From positions 3,060,001 to 3,092,000 of the forward strand of contig NC_000962.3 in the NCBI RefSeq assembly GCF_000195955.2: a DNA stretch of 32,000 bases, read 5' to 3'. Positions 1 to 10,874 of the stretch are shown one piece after another (the stretch's first letter is position 1; each line of letters opens with the position of its first letter). This stretch comes from Mycobacterium tuberculosis H37Rv. GTDB lineage: Bacteria > Actinomycetota > Actinomycetes > Mycobacteriales > Mycobacteriaceae. The position numbers were made by a program, and so were the translations under genes. The notes below the pieces were generated by a model. That model did not search any database. It was not told the DNA's origin and saw only the letters and a list, made by a program, of their open reading frames with translations.

Positions 1-2350
1 AGCCGACCCGCAGCTTGCGCTGCAGCATCGACGTCGACCCGAACTGGCTGGACACCACCAGTTCCACGGCCTGCAGGAAGACGTCCATGTCGTCGCCGAT
101 GTCGGGGTCGACGTCGGTGCGCTCCGCGGTGGGTTTAGCCGTGGTGACGCCCTCGGTGTATTCGGGTTCGGCCTGTTCCTTGCAGGCGGTGACGACGGCG
201 TGGATCTCTTCGTCGGAGACGTAAGCGCCCTGCAGCCGGAGGGGTTTGCTCGCACCCATCGGCAAGAACAGGCCGTCGCCCATGCCGATCAGCTTTTCCG
301 CGCCCGCCTGGTCCAGGATCACCCGGCTGTCGGTCAGCGACGAGGTGGCAAACGCCAGCCGCGACGGCACGTTGGTCTTGATCAGCCCGGTGACCACGTC
401 CACCGACGGGCGCTGGGTGGCCAGCACCAGGTGGATGCCGGCGGCGCGGGCTTTCTGGGTGATCCGCACGATGGCGTCCTCGACGTCACGCGGCGCGGTC
501 ATCATGAGGTCGGCCAACTCGTCGACGATGGCCACCACGTAGGGGTAGGGCCGATACTCGCGCTGGCTGCCCAGCGGCGCGGTGATGGCCCCGGATCGCA
601 CCTTGTCGTTGAAGTCGTCGATGTGGCGCACCCGGGAGGCCTGCATGTCCTGGTAGCGCTGCTCCATCTCGTCGACCAGCCAGGCCAGCGCGGCCGCGGC
701 CTTCTTCGGCTGGGTGATGATCGGCGTGATCAGATGCGGAATGCCTTCATACGGCGTCAGTTCCACCATCTTCGGGTCGATCAGGATCATCCTGACCTCT
801 TCCGGGGTGGCCCGGGTCAACAGCGACACCAGCATGGAGTTGACGAAGCTGGACTTTCCCGAGCCCGTCGAGCCGGCCACCAGCAGGTGCGGCATCTTGG
901 CCAGGTTGGCCGAGATGAAGTCGCCTTCGATGTCCTTGCCCAGCCCGATCACCAACGGATGATGGTCGCGACGGGTCTCTCGTGCGGTGAGCACGTCGGC
1001 CAACCGCACCATTTCCCGGTCGGTGTTGGGTACCTCGATGCCGACGGCGGACTTGCCGGGGATCGGTGCCAGCATGCGCACGCTCTCGGTAGCCACCGCG
1101 TAGGCGATGTTGCGCTGCAGCGCGGTGATCTTCTCGACCTTGACGCCGGGCCCCAGTTCGACCTCGTAGCGGGTGACGGTGGGCCCGCGGGTGCAGCCCG
1201 TGACGGCCGCGTCGACCTTGAACTGGGTCAGCACCTCACCGATGGCGCCGGCCATGTGGGTGTTGGCCGCACTGCGTTTCTTGGGCGGATCACCGGATAT
1301 CAGCAGGTCCAGCGACGGCAGCGTGTAGGGACCCTCGACGATCCGGTCCAGCACTTGGGTATCTTTGCGGCGGCCGCGTCTTCCGGAGCCCCGACCGGCG
1401 GAGGCTTCCGGTATCGTCGCAGTGTCATCCTGCGGAACCTCGGCCGACGGCCAGGCCGGTGGCCCGTCGTCGGAGCACAGGGGCACCTCGTCGTAGTAAC
1501 CGTCGGAGAAGTCCTGGCGGGCGACTTCGACGGTGTCCGCGTCGTCACCATCGAAGTCCGCGAAGTCCTCGAAGTCGTCGGCGTATTCCCGTGGCAACAG
1601 CCGGGTGCCGAACATGGCGCGCATGGCATCTGGCACCTCTCGGATCGTGATCCCGGCCAGCAGGAGCAATCCGAACAGCGCGCCGATGAATAACAGCGGC
1701 GCGGCGATCCAGGCGGTCAACCCGTCCGAGAGCGGCCCGCCGATCGCGAAACCGATGAACCCCGCGGCGCGCAAACGCGACTCCGGGGCCTCGGGTGAGC
1801 CCGCCCACAGGTGGCACAAGCCGAGAAACGACAAGCCGATCAGGCTGGCGCCGAGGATCAGCCGCGGCCGCGAATCGGGGTTGGGCGACGTACGCATCAG
1901 CACCACGGCCACGGCGGCGGCAACCAGCGGGAGCATGACCACTGCCGACCCGATGAACGTCCGCAACAAGGCGTCGACCCACGCGCCGAGCGGCCGGGCG
2001 GCGTCGAACCACGAGCTCGCGGCGACTACCACGGCAAGGCCGAGCAGCACCAGCGCGATTCCGTCGCGGCGATGCCCGGGCTCGATGTCGCGGGCTCGCC
2101 CGATCGACCGCGCCGCGCCGCCGGTGCCCTTGGCCGCCATCATCCAGACGGCACGCATGGCCCGGCCGCAGGCGAGTCCGGTAGACACCAGCAGCGACCG
2201 ATGGTGCCGTCGGGAGGGTCTGCCGACCCCTTTGACGGGCCTCGACCTCTTTCTGGGCACGGCCGATCGCGCACTTCGGGACGCGCCCCGCGAAGTGGCC
2301 TTTGACCTGCTCGTTCGAGTGCCGGAGCGGGCAACGGTCTTGCTAGACAT
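1..2350 (-). CDS. ftsK: DNA translocase FtsK/SpoIIIE, 3' end outside window
   Basis: Minus-strand reading gives PHLLVAGSTGSGKSSFV (Walker A) near 850-895. The ATG at 2350 (MSSKTVARSGTRTSRSK) is in the same frame. Not in the ORF track because the stop is outside the window. Confidence 0.93.
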   Translation of the reverse strand, partial: MSSKTVARSGTRTSRSKATSRGASRSARSAVPRKRSRPVKGVGRPSRRHHRSLLVSTGLACGRAMRAVWMMAAKGTGGAARSIGRARDIEPGHRRDGIALVLLGLAVVVAASSWFDAARPLGAWVDALLRTFIGSAVVMLPLVAAAVAVVLMRTSPNPDSRPRLILGASLIGLSFLGLCHLWAGSPEAPESRLRAAGFIGFAIGGPLSDGLTAWIAAPLLFIGALFGLLLLAGITIREVPDAMRAMFGTRLLPREYADDFEDFADFDGDDADTVEVARQDFSDGYYDEVPLCSDDGPPAWPSAEVPQDDTATIPEASAGRGSGRRGRRKDTQVLDRIVEGPYTLPSLDLLISGDPPKKRSAANTHMAGAIGEVLTQFKVDAAVTGCTRGPTVTRYEVELGPGVKVEKITALQRNIAYAVATESVRMLAPIPGKSAVGIEVPNTDREMVRLADVLTARETRRDHHPLVIGLGKDIEGDFISANLAKMPHLLVAGSTGSGKSSFVNSMLVSLLTRATPEEVRMILIDPKMVELTPYEGIPHLITPIITQPKKAAAALAWLVDEMEQRYQDMQASRVRHIDDFNDKVRSGAITAPLGSQREYRPYPYVVAIVDELADLMMTAPRDVEDAIVRITQKARAAGIHLVLATQRPSVDVVTGLIKTNVPSRLAFATSSLTDSRVILDQAGAEKLIGMGDGLFLPMGASKPLRLQGAYVSDEEIHAVVTACKEQAEPEYTEGVTTAKPTAERTDVDPDIGDDMDVFLQAVELVVSSQFGSTSMLQRKLRVG

Positions 2351-2504
2351 AACGGCAAGCCTAGTCGCTATCACACCATCTACACCATCCGCCACACTGG
2401 TAACGGCGATCTGCTCGCCTCGTTGCCAGGGTCTCCTGAGTAGGGTGACAAGTGATCGTGCCGCGTCACGCCGCCCGACGCGCGGAGTTCCAGGAGGCCC
2501 CAGC

Positions 2505-2819
2505 ATGCCCGTCGTCGTCGTCGCCACGCTGACCGCCAAGCCTGAATCGGTCGACACCGTCCGCGACATCCTCACCCGCGCGGTCGATGACGTGCACCGC
2601 GAACCCGGCTGCCAGTTGTACGCGCTCCACGAAACCGGCGAGACCTTCATCTTCGTTGAGCAATGGGCCGATGCCGAGGCGCTCAAGGCCCATAGCGGCG
2701 CCCCCGCGGTTGCCACCATGTTTACCGCGGCCGGCGAGCACCTGGTCGGGGCGCCGGACATCAAACTGCTGCAGCCGGTTCCCGCCGGCGACCCGAGCAA
2801 AGGGCAGCTGCGCCGGTGA
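2505..2819 (+). CDS. Small antibiotic biosynthesis monooxygenase (ABM)-like protein, 104 aa (Rv2749-like)
   Basis: [43 protein letters not shown]...[14 protein letters not shown] is a typical ABM dimeric barrel pattern; GGAGG-like RBS (caggagg) upstream. The ORF-track start at 1533 is overextended antisense to ftsK. Confidence 0.85.
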
Positions 2820-3634
2820 TCGACCGGCCACTCGAAGGCAAGGTCGCCTTCATCACCGGCGCCGCGCGCGGCTTGGGCCGCGCACACGCGGTTCGACTGG
2901 CAGCCGACGGCGCGAACATCATCGCGGTTGACATCTGCGAGCAGATCGCCAGCGTGCCTTATCCGTTGAGCACCGCCGACGACCTGGCGGCCACCGTCGA
3001 GCTCGTCGAGGACGCCGGCGGCGGGATCGTGGCCAGACAGGGCGACGTTCGCGATCGCGCATCACTGTCGGTCGCATTGCAGGCGGGCCTTGACGAGTTC
3101 GGCCGGCTCGACATCGTGGTGGCCAATGCCGGTATCGCGATGATGCAGGCCGGCGACGACGGCTGGCGCGACGTTATCGACGTCAACCTCACCGGCGTCT
3201 TCCACACCGTACAGGTGGCGATCCCGACCCTGATCGAGCAGGGCACCGGTGGGTCGATCGTGTTGATCAGCTCGGCCGCGGGACTGGTCGGCATCGGCAG
3301 CAGTGATCCCGGATCGCTTGGCTACGCGGCCGCCAAGCACGGCGTCGTCGGCCTGATGAGGGCGTACGCGAACCATCTGGCACCGCAAAACATTCGGGTT
3401 AACTCGGTACATCCTTGCGGGGTCGATACGCCGATGATCAACAATGAGTTCTTCCAGCAGTGGCTAACCACTGCTGACATGGACGCGCCGCACAACCTGG
3501 GTAACGCGCTGCCCGTCGAGCTGGTGCAGCCAACCGACATCGCCAACGCGGTGGCATGGCTGGCGTCCGAGGAGGCGCGCTATGTCACCGGCGTCACCTT
3601 GCCGGTCGACGCGGGCTTTGTGAACAAGAGGTAG
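2816..3634 (+). CDS. Short-chain dehydrogenase/reductase, mycofactocin-coupled type, 272 aa (Rv2750-like)
   Basis: TGAARGLG cofactor motif, YAAAKHG active site, and the [29 protein letters not shown] insert seen in mycofactocin-coupled SDRs. GTG start overlaps the upstream stop (GTGA). Confidence 0.87.
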
Positions 3635-3637
3635 CTG

Positions 3638-4528
3638 ATGGCTCGAAATCCCGCTGCGCAGACCGCCTTCGGCCCGATGGTGTTGGCGGCCGTGGAGCAA
3701 AACGAACCACCTGGCCGCCGCCTGGTGGACGACGACCTCGCGGACTTGTTCTTGCCCAGACCATTGCGATGGCTGGCCGGTGCAACCCGGTCGGCGGTGT
3801 TGCGTCGTTTACTCATTAGCGCCTCGGAGTGGTCCGGCCGCGGGTTATGGGCCAATCTGGCCTGCCGTAAACGCTTCATCGGAGACAAACTCGACGAAGC
3901 GCTCGGCGACATCGACGCGGTTGTCATCCTCGGAGCCGGATTGGACACCCGTGCCTACCGGTTGACGCGACGAGTGCGGATGCCGGTATTCGAGGTCGAC
4001 CTGCCGGTCAACATCGCCCGCAAGGCCAAGACGGTCCGACGGGTGCTCGGTGAACTGCCGCTGTCGGTTCGCTTGGTTGCATTGGATTTCGAGCATGACG
4101 ACCTGCTCACCGCTCTGGCCGAGCACGGCTACCGTACCGAGTACCGGGTGTTCTTCGTCTGCGAAGGTGTGACCCAATACCTCACCGAGCGGGCCGTCCG
4201 GCGGACCTTGGAGGGCCTACGCGCGGCCGCACCGGGCAGTCGAATGGTATTCACCTACGTCCGCCGGGACTTCATTGACGGCACCAACCGTTACGGTACC
4301 CGGACGCTATACCACACGGTTCGCCAGCGACGTCAACTGTGGCACTTCGGCTTAGATCCCGAGGAAGTAGCCGGGTTTCTCGCCGACTACGGTTGGCGGC
4401 TGACCGAGCAGGCCGGGCCGGAGGAGCTTGTCCAGCGCTACGTCGAGCCCACCGGCCGCAACCTCAACGCATCACAAATCGAGTGGTCTGCCTACGCCGA
4501 GAAGAGTGAGCCGGTTACACCTCGATGA
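3638..4528 (+). CDS. SAM-dependent methyltransferase, LCMT/Rv0830-like family, 296 aa (Rv2751-like)
   Basis: VILGAGLDTRAYRL motif I, VFEVDLPVNIARKAKTVRR, VFFVCEGVTQYL. Confidence 0.88.
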   Translation: MARNPAAQTAFGPMVLAAVEQNEPPGRRLVDDDLADLFLPRPLRWLAGATRSAVLRRLLISASEWSGRGLWANLACRKRFIGDKLDEALGDIDAVVILGAGLDTRAYRLTRRVRMPVFEVDLPVNIARKAKTVRRVLGELPLSVRLVALDFEHDDLLTALAEHGYRTEYRVFFVCEGVTQYLTERAVRRTLEGLRAAAPGSRMVFTYVRRDFIDGTNRYGTRTLYHTVRQRRQLWHFGLDPEEVAGFLADYGWRLTEQAGPEELVQRYVEPTGRNLNASQIEWSAYAEKSEPVTPR

Positions 4529-6191
4529 CCGTCGGCACAATCATCGGCTGGCGGCGATAGGTTTCCCCCACCCACTTGCCGACCGTGCGGCGCACCCCTT
4601 GAGCGATCCGGATCGGATCGGTGACGTTGGCGGCCACCAACGATTCCAGCTCTGCCTCCACCTTGCGCACGGCGGGTTCGAGCGCCTTGGGATCTTCGGA
4701 GAAACCCCGCGAGTGTAGATGTGGCGCAGCCAACGGCTGGCCGGTGCCACGTCTGACCACGACGGTCACCGCGACAAAGCCCGACGACAAAATGAGCCGC
4801 TCGCCCAGGGTGATATCGCCGACGTCGCCGGCGATCAAGCCGTCGACGAACATCTTGCCCACCGGCACCGCACCGGAGATACTGGCTTTGCCGGCAACCA
4901 GGTCGACGCTGACACCGTTCTCGGCCAACAGAATTGACTCTTGCGGTACGCCGGTACTGGCGGCCAGCTTGGCATTGGCGCGCAGCATCCGCCAGGTTCC
5001 GTGCACCGGCATCACGTTGCGCGGCCGCACCCCGTTGTAGAGGAACAGCAGCTCACCGGCGTACGCGTGGCCGGAAACATGCACCCTTGCTTGGGCGTTG
5101 GTGACGACTCTGGCGCCGATCTTGGACAGTGCATCGATGACTCCGAAGACCGCCTCCTCGTTGCCGGGGATCAGCGACGACGACAACACGATGAGATCAC
5201 CAGCAGTCAACGTGATGCTGCGATGCTCCCCACGCGACATTCGCGACAACGCCGACATCGGCTCGCCTTGGGTGCCGGTGGTGATCAACACAACTTGGTC
5301 GGGCGCCATCGTTTCGGCGGCGGCGATGTCGATGAGATCGGAATCAGCCACTCGTAGGAAGCCCAGTTGCCTTGCGACGCGCATGTTGCGCACCATCGAT
5401 CGGCCGACGAACGACACTCGCCGGCCCAATGCCACTGCGGCATCGATGATCTGCTGTACCCGATCCACGTTGGAGGCGAAACACGCAACTATCACCCGTC
5501 CGTCGGCACCCCGGATGAGCCGGTGCAGCGTTGGGCCCACTTCGCTTTCCGATGGCCCGACACCGGGGATCTCGGCGTTCGTCGAGTCGCACAGCAACAG
5601 GTCCACGCCGGTGTCGCCGAGCCGCGACATGCCCGGTAGATCGGTGGGACGGCCGTCCGGTGGCAATTGGTCGAACTTGATGTCGCCGGTGTGCAGGATG
5701 GTTCCCGCGCCGGTATACACCGCGATGGCCAACGCGTCCGGAGTGGAATGGTTGACGGCGAAGTACTCGCACTCAAACACGCCGTGCCGGGTGCTCTGGC
5801 CCTCGCGGACCTCGACGAACACCGGTGTTATGCGGTACTCACGACATTTCTCTGCAACCAGAGCCAAGGTGAACTTCGAGCCGACGACCGGGATGTCGGG
5901 TCGCAGCTTGAGCAGAAACGGAATCGCCCCGATGTGGTCCTCGTGCCCGTGGGTCAACACCAGCGCCTCGATGTCGTCAAGCCGGTCTTCGACATGGCGC
6001 ATGTCCGGCAGGATCAGATCGACACCGGGCTCGTCGTGGCCAGGAAACAACACACCGCAGTCGATAATCAACAGTCGGCCCAGGTGTTCGAAAACCGTCA
6101 TGTTGCGGCCGATTTCGTTGATGCCGCCCAGCGCGGTGACCCGCAACCCGCCGGAGGTCAGGGGACCTGGCGGGGGAAGGTCTACATCCAC
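4515..6191 (-). CDS. rnj: Ribonuclease J (metallo-beta-lactamase / beta-CASP), 558 aa
   Basis: LTHGHEDHIGAIP metal-binding motif, GTQGEPMSALSRMS, HVSGHAYAGEL, PVHGTWRML. Confidence 0.93.
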   Translation of the reverse strand: MDVDLPPPGPLTSGGLRVTALGGINEIGRNMTVFEHLGRLLIIDCGVLFPGHDEPGVDLILPDMRHVEDRLDDIEALVLTHGHEDHIGAIPFLLKLRPDIPVVGSKFTLALVAEKCREYRITPVFVEVREGQSTRHGVFECEYFAVNHSTPDALAIAVYTGAGTILHTGDIKFDQLPPDGRPTDLPGMSRLGDTGVDLLLCDSTNAEIPGVGPSESEVGPTLHRLIRGADGRVIVACFASNVDRVQQIIDAAVALGRRVSFVGRSMVRNMRVARQLGFLRVADSDLIDIAAAETMAPDQVVLITTGTQGEPMSALSRMSRGEHRSITLTAGDLIVLSSSLIPGNEEAVFGVIDALSKIGARVVTNAQARVHVSGHAYAGELLFLYNGVRPRNVMPVHGTWRMLRANAKLAASTGVPQESILLAENGVSVDLVAGKASISGAVPVGKMFVDGLIAGDVGDITLGERLILSSGFVAVTVVVRRGTGQPLAAPHLHSRGFSEDPKALEPAVRKVEAELESLVAANVTDPIRIAQGVRRTVGKWVGETYRRQPMIVPTVIEV

Positions 6192-6221
6192 TTCTGGGCC
6201 ACCCTTTGGCTCACCTTTAGA

Positions 6222-7955
<1,734 letters not shown>

Positions 7956-7971
7956 TTAGCGCCGGCCGCAA

Positions 7972-8184
7972 CTAGACGAACTCGGTGTGGCAGGTCAGCC
8001 CGGGCTCCCGGCGCAGACGCGGGTCCGCGGTCAGCAGGGGGATGTCGAGGTGACTGGCCAGTGCCACGTAGAGGGCGTCGTAAAACGTGAAGTTGTGCCG
8101 CAGGGTCCACGCCCGTCGAGCGTCCGCGTTGGCGCTGGCTCCCAGAGTTGAACCCCACCAAATCTGTTGCCTGAAGAAGCCGAT
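7972..8184 (-). pseudogene. C-terminal fragment of a PIN-domain (VapC-family) toxin
   Basis: Manual minus-strand translation ends ...[53 protein letters not shown], with the PIN C-terminal acidic motifs yDAlYvALA and TaD.rL. No N-terminal PIN half or start. The recognisable part is about 7972-8130. Confidence 0.72.
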
Positions 8185-8464
8185 CTACCTAACGGGGATC
8201 GTTGCCCTTGAAGTCGCGAACAAATAGGCAAGTGTCCAGCGGCCAGATCGGACCCGCAACGAAAGTTGCGGTACCAATCGCCGCACCGCTCCTGCCGATG
8301 GCTACACCGGGACCATCGTACGCAGCTGTGTCATGCATACCGGTCACCCCGAATGACCCGATAACAGGTACCGTTCCAGATCCCCGCGACGCCGCAGGAA
8401 GATCATGTCCTCGCTGCAGCTCAAGGACTTCCCCGAACCGCAAGGTTTTCCATCCATCACTCAT
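8138..8464 (-). pseudogene. hsdS.1: Truncated Type I specificity subunit (Rv2755c-like). Nominal ORF 8189-8464 (91 aa); homology continues in frame past the stop.
   Basis: MSDGWKTLRFGEVLELQRGHDLPAASRGSGTVPVIGSFGVTGMHD... is a typical HsdS N-terminal half-TRD. After the TAG at 8189-8191 the same frame reads [17 protein letters not shown], matching the usual HsdS ...YYLLQ..dl..FNSGS continuation. Confidence 0.85.
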
Positions 8465-10083
8465 CTAAGCCGCCCCAGTTGCTCCCGCACGACCCTTTCC
8501 AGCCGCGCCGACTCATCGAACGCCTCCAGCAACGCCTTCGACAACCGGGCCATCTTCTCGTCGATCGGCTCTCCGTCGTCCTCGACCGCGGGCGTACCCA
8601 CATACCGCCCCGGCGTGAGCGCATAGTCGGTCGCCTTGATCTCCGCCAACGTCGCCGACTTACAGAACCCCGGAACATCCTCGTACATAATCCCTTTGAC
8701 GGCAGCCGACTTCGACCCGCGCCACGCGTGGAAGGTATCCCCGATGCGGACGATCTCCTCGTTGGTCAGCGCCCGCTCGGCCCGGTCCACTAGGTCGCCC
8801 AGTTCACGAGCGTCGATGAACAGCACCTGCCCGCACCGGTCGATAGACCCTTGCTTACCTGCCGCCTTGTCTTTGGCGAAAAACCACAGGCACACCGGGA
8901 TTCCGGTGCTGCGGAACAGCTGGGTGGGTAACGCGACCATGCAGGAAACCAAATCCGCCTCCACGATCTGCGCGCGAATATCCCCCTCGCCGTTGGAGTT
9001 CGACGACATCGACCCGTTGGCCATCACCACGCCCGCCCGACCTCCCGGCGCCAACTTGTACAGGATGTGCTGAATCCATGCGTAGTTGGCGTTATTGGCG
9101 GGCGGAACACCGAAGCGCCAGCGTGGGTCTTCCTCGTTGCGGGCCCAGTCTTTGATGTTGAACGGCAGATTGGCCATCACGTAGTCCATCTGCACGTCCG
9201 GGTGCTGGTCGCGGGCGAAGGTATCACTCCATCGGGCGCCGAGCCCCTTGTTGTCGATGCCGTGGATGGCGAGGTTCATCTTCGCCATCCGCCAGGTCTC
9301 CTCAATGCTTTCCTGGCCATAGATCGAGACATCCTTCGGATCGCCGTCGTGTTCGTAGATGAACTTCTCGGTCTGCACAAACATGCCTCCGGAACCGCAG
9401 CACGGGTCATACACCCGCCCACTCGACGGCTCCAGCACCTCCACGATCACCTTGACCACGCTGGGCGGGGTAAAGAACTCGCCACCCCGCTTCCCTTCCG
9501 CGCGAGCGAAATTGCCGAGGAAGTATTCGTAGACCTCACCCATCAGATCCCGGGCGCGGTGCTCGCCCTGCCGGCTGAAGCGCGCACTGTTAAATAGGTC
9601 GATCAGCTCACCGAGCCGGCGCTGGTCGATGTTGTCCTTGTTATACAGCCTCGGCAGCGTCCCACCGAGTGTTGGATTGGCCTTCATTACCGCGTCCATC
9701 GCCTCGTCGATCAGCTGACCGATGTTCTTCGCCGGCTCACCACCAACGGCTGGCTTGCCTTTTGTGTTCTCTGCCAAGAACTTCCAGCGCGCACTCACCG
9801 GCACGACGAATACGCCGTAACCCTGGTACTGCTCGGGATCGTCGATCAGGTCTTCTATCTGAGACTCCTCCATTCCTTCGGCCGCCAACTCGGCACGGAT
9901 TGCCTCGCGCCGTTCGTCATACGCGTCGGACACGTACTTAAGGAACACCAGGCCGAGGATCACGTCCTTGTATTGGCTGGCCGACAGCGACCCGCGCAGC
10001 TTGTCGGCGGCCTTCCAGAGCGTGTCTTTGAGCTCCTTCATCGTCGACGGCGCCTGCGGCGCCTGCTTCTTCCTGGGCGGCAT
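8461..10083 (-). CDS. hsdM: Type I restriction-modification system DNA methyltransferase subunit, 540 aa
   Basis: N-terminal HsdM helical domain; TPPSVVKVIVEVLEP, DPCCGSGGMF (SAM motif I); motif IV reads ANLPFN. ATG at 10083 with a purine-rich RBS; ATGA overlap with the hsdS fragment. Confidence 0.94.
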   Translation of the reverse strand: MPPRKKQAPQAPSTMKELKDTLWKAADKLRGSLSASQYKDVILGLVFLKYVSDAYDERREAIRAELAAEGMEESQIEDLIDDPEQYQGYGVFVVPVSARWKFLAENTKGKPAVGGEPAKNIGQLIDEAMDAVMKANPTLGGTLPRLYNKDNIDQRRLGELIDLFNSARFSRQGEHRARDLMGEVYEYFLGNFARAEGKRGGEFFTPPSVVKVIVEVLEPSSGRVYDPCCGSGGMFVQTEKFIYEHDGDPKDVSIYGQESIEETWRMAKMNLAIHGIDNKGLGARWSDTFARDQHPDVQMDYVMANLPFNIKDWARNEEDPRWRFGVPPANNANYAWIQHILYKLAPGGRAGVVMANGSMSSNSNGEGDIRAQIVEADLVSCMVALPTQLFRSTGIPVCLWFFAKDKAAGKQGSIDRCGQVLFIDARELGDLVDRAERALTNEEIVRIGDTFHAWRGSKSAAVKGIMYEDVPGFCKSATLAEIKATDYALTPGRYVGTPAVEDDGEPIDEKMARLSKALLEAFDESARLERVVREQLGRLR

Positions 10084-10169
10084 TCCCGTTTCCTTCCTAT
10101 CGATGCGCCGCGGCGATGCCGGGCGTGGTGGGCCAGCTCCTCGACAACACGAAGGTCGCATCGGGCGAA

Positions 10170-10586
10170 TCACGCTGTCCCTGGGGCCACCACCCATTCC
10201 ACGGGTTGCCGTGTGATGGCGGCGATGCGTTCGAAGTCTTGGTCGTAGTGCATGACGGGTATGCCGTGATGCTCGGCGACCGCCGCAATGATCAAGTCCG
10301 GGATCTTGACCGAGCGGTGAAATCCCTTGTCGGTCAATGCTTCTTGGATCTCCCATGCACGAACCCACACGGTGTCGGGGGTGTTGACGTATTCGAGCGC
10401 GTCACGCCGGTAGGTGCCCAGTGTTCGATGGTCCTCGCGGGAACGCGCCGAGACTCCGAACTCGAGATCGGTAATGCCGCACCGGGCCAGTAGACCGCGT
10501 TCCATCAACGGTTCCAAGCGATGTCGGACCGCGGGCAAGTGCGCGCGGTAAGCCGCTGATTTGTCGAGCAAATAGCGCGTGGTCAT
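10170..10586 (-). CDS. vapC21: VapC-family PIN-domain toxin, 138 aa (Rv2757c-like)
   Basis: TTRYLLDKSAAYR start, ARCGITDLEFGVSAR, IPDLIIAAVAEHHGIPVMHYDQDFERIA PIN motifs; 4-nt overlap with the antitoxin gene. Confidence 0.9.
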   Translation of the reverse strand: MTTRYLLDKSAAYRAHLPAVRHRLEPLMERGLLARCGITDLEFGVSARSREDHRTLGTYRRDALEYVNTPDTVWVRAWEIQEALTDKGFHRSVKIPDLIIAAVAEHHGIPVMHYDQDFERIAAITRQPVEWVVAPGTA

Positions 10587-10849
10587 GCCGTGTTCTCTGG
10601 GTGGCCGTCTCGCCACATTGCGTTGACCAGAGCTTCGTCCTGGGTTCCGGTGGCGTTCTCGGCCATCCGGTTCATGAGCGAGCGCGCGGCACTGGCTCGC
10701 AACGCGGCCCGCAGCGCGGCATGCACGGTGTCTTTCTTTGTCGTGGTACCCAGTTCCTTGGCGGCCCGAGCGAGCAGGTCGTCATCGATGTCGATCATGG
10801 TGCGCGTCACACCCGGAGAGCATACTACTAATGCATATCCGCGATGCAT
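10583..10849 (-). CDS. vapB21: VapB-family antitoxin (Rv2758c-like), up to 88 aa
   Basis: TRTMIDIDDDLLARAAKELGTTTKKDTVHAALRAAL is a typical VapB N-terminus. The true start may be the GTG just before TRTMIDIDD rather than the upstream ATG. Confidence 0.85.
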   Translation of the reverse strand: MHRGYALVVCSPGVTRTMIDIDDDLLARAAKELGTTTKKDTVHAALRAALRASAARSLMNRMAENATGTQDEALVNAMWRDGHPENTA

Positions 10850-10874
10850 ATAACGGATGTATCTCAGGCGGGGC

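Noticed and set aside
200-1693. 497-aa plus-strand ORF antisense to ftsK
   Set aside because: No recognisable motif; ftsK on the minus strand has Walker A and continuous coding potential.
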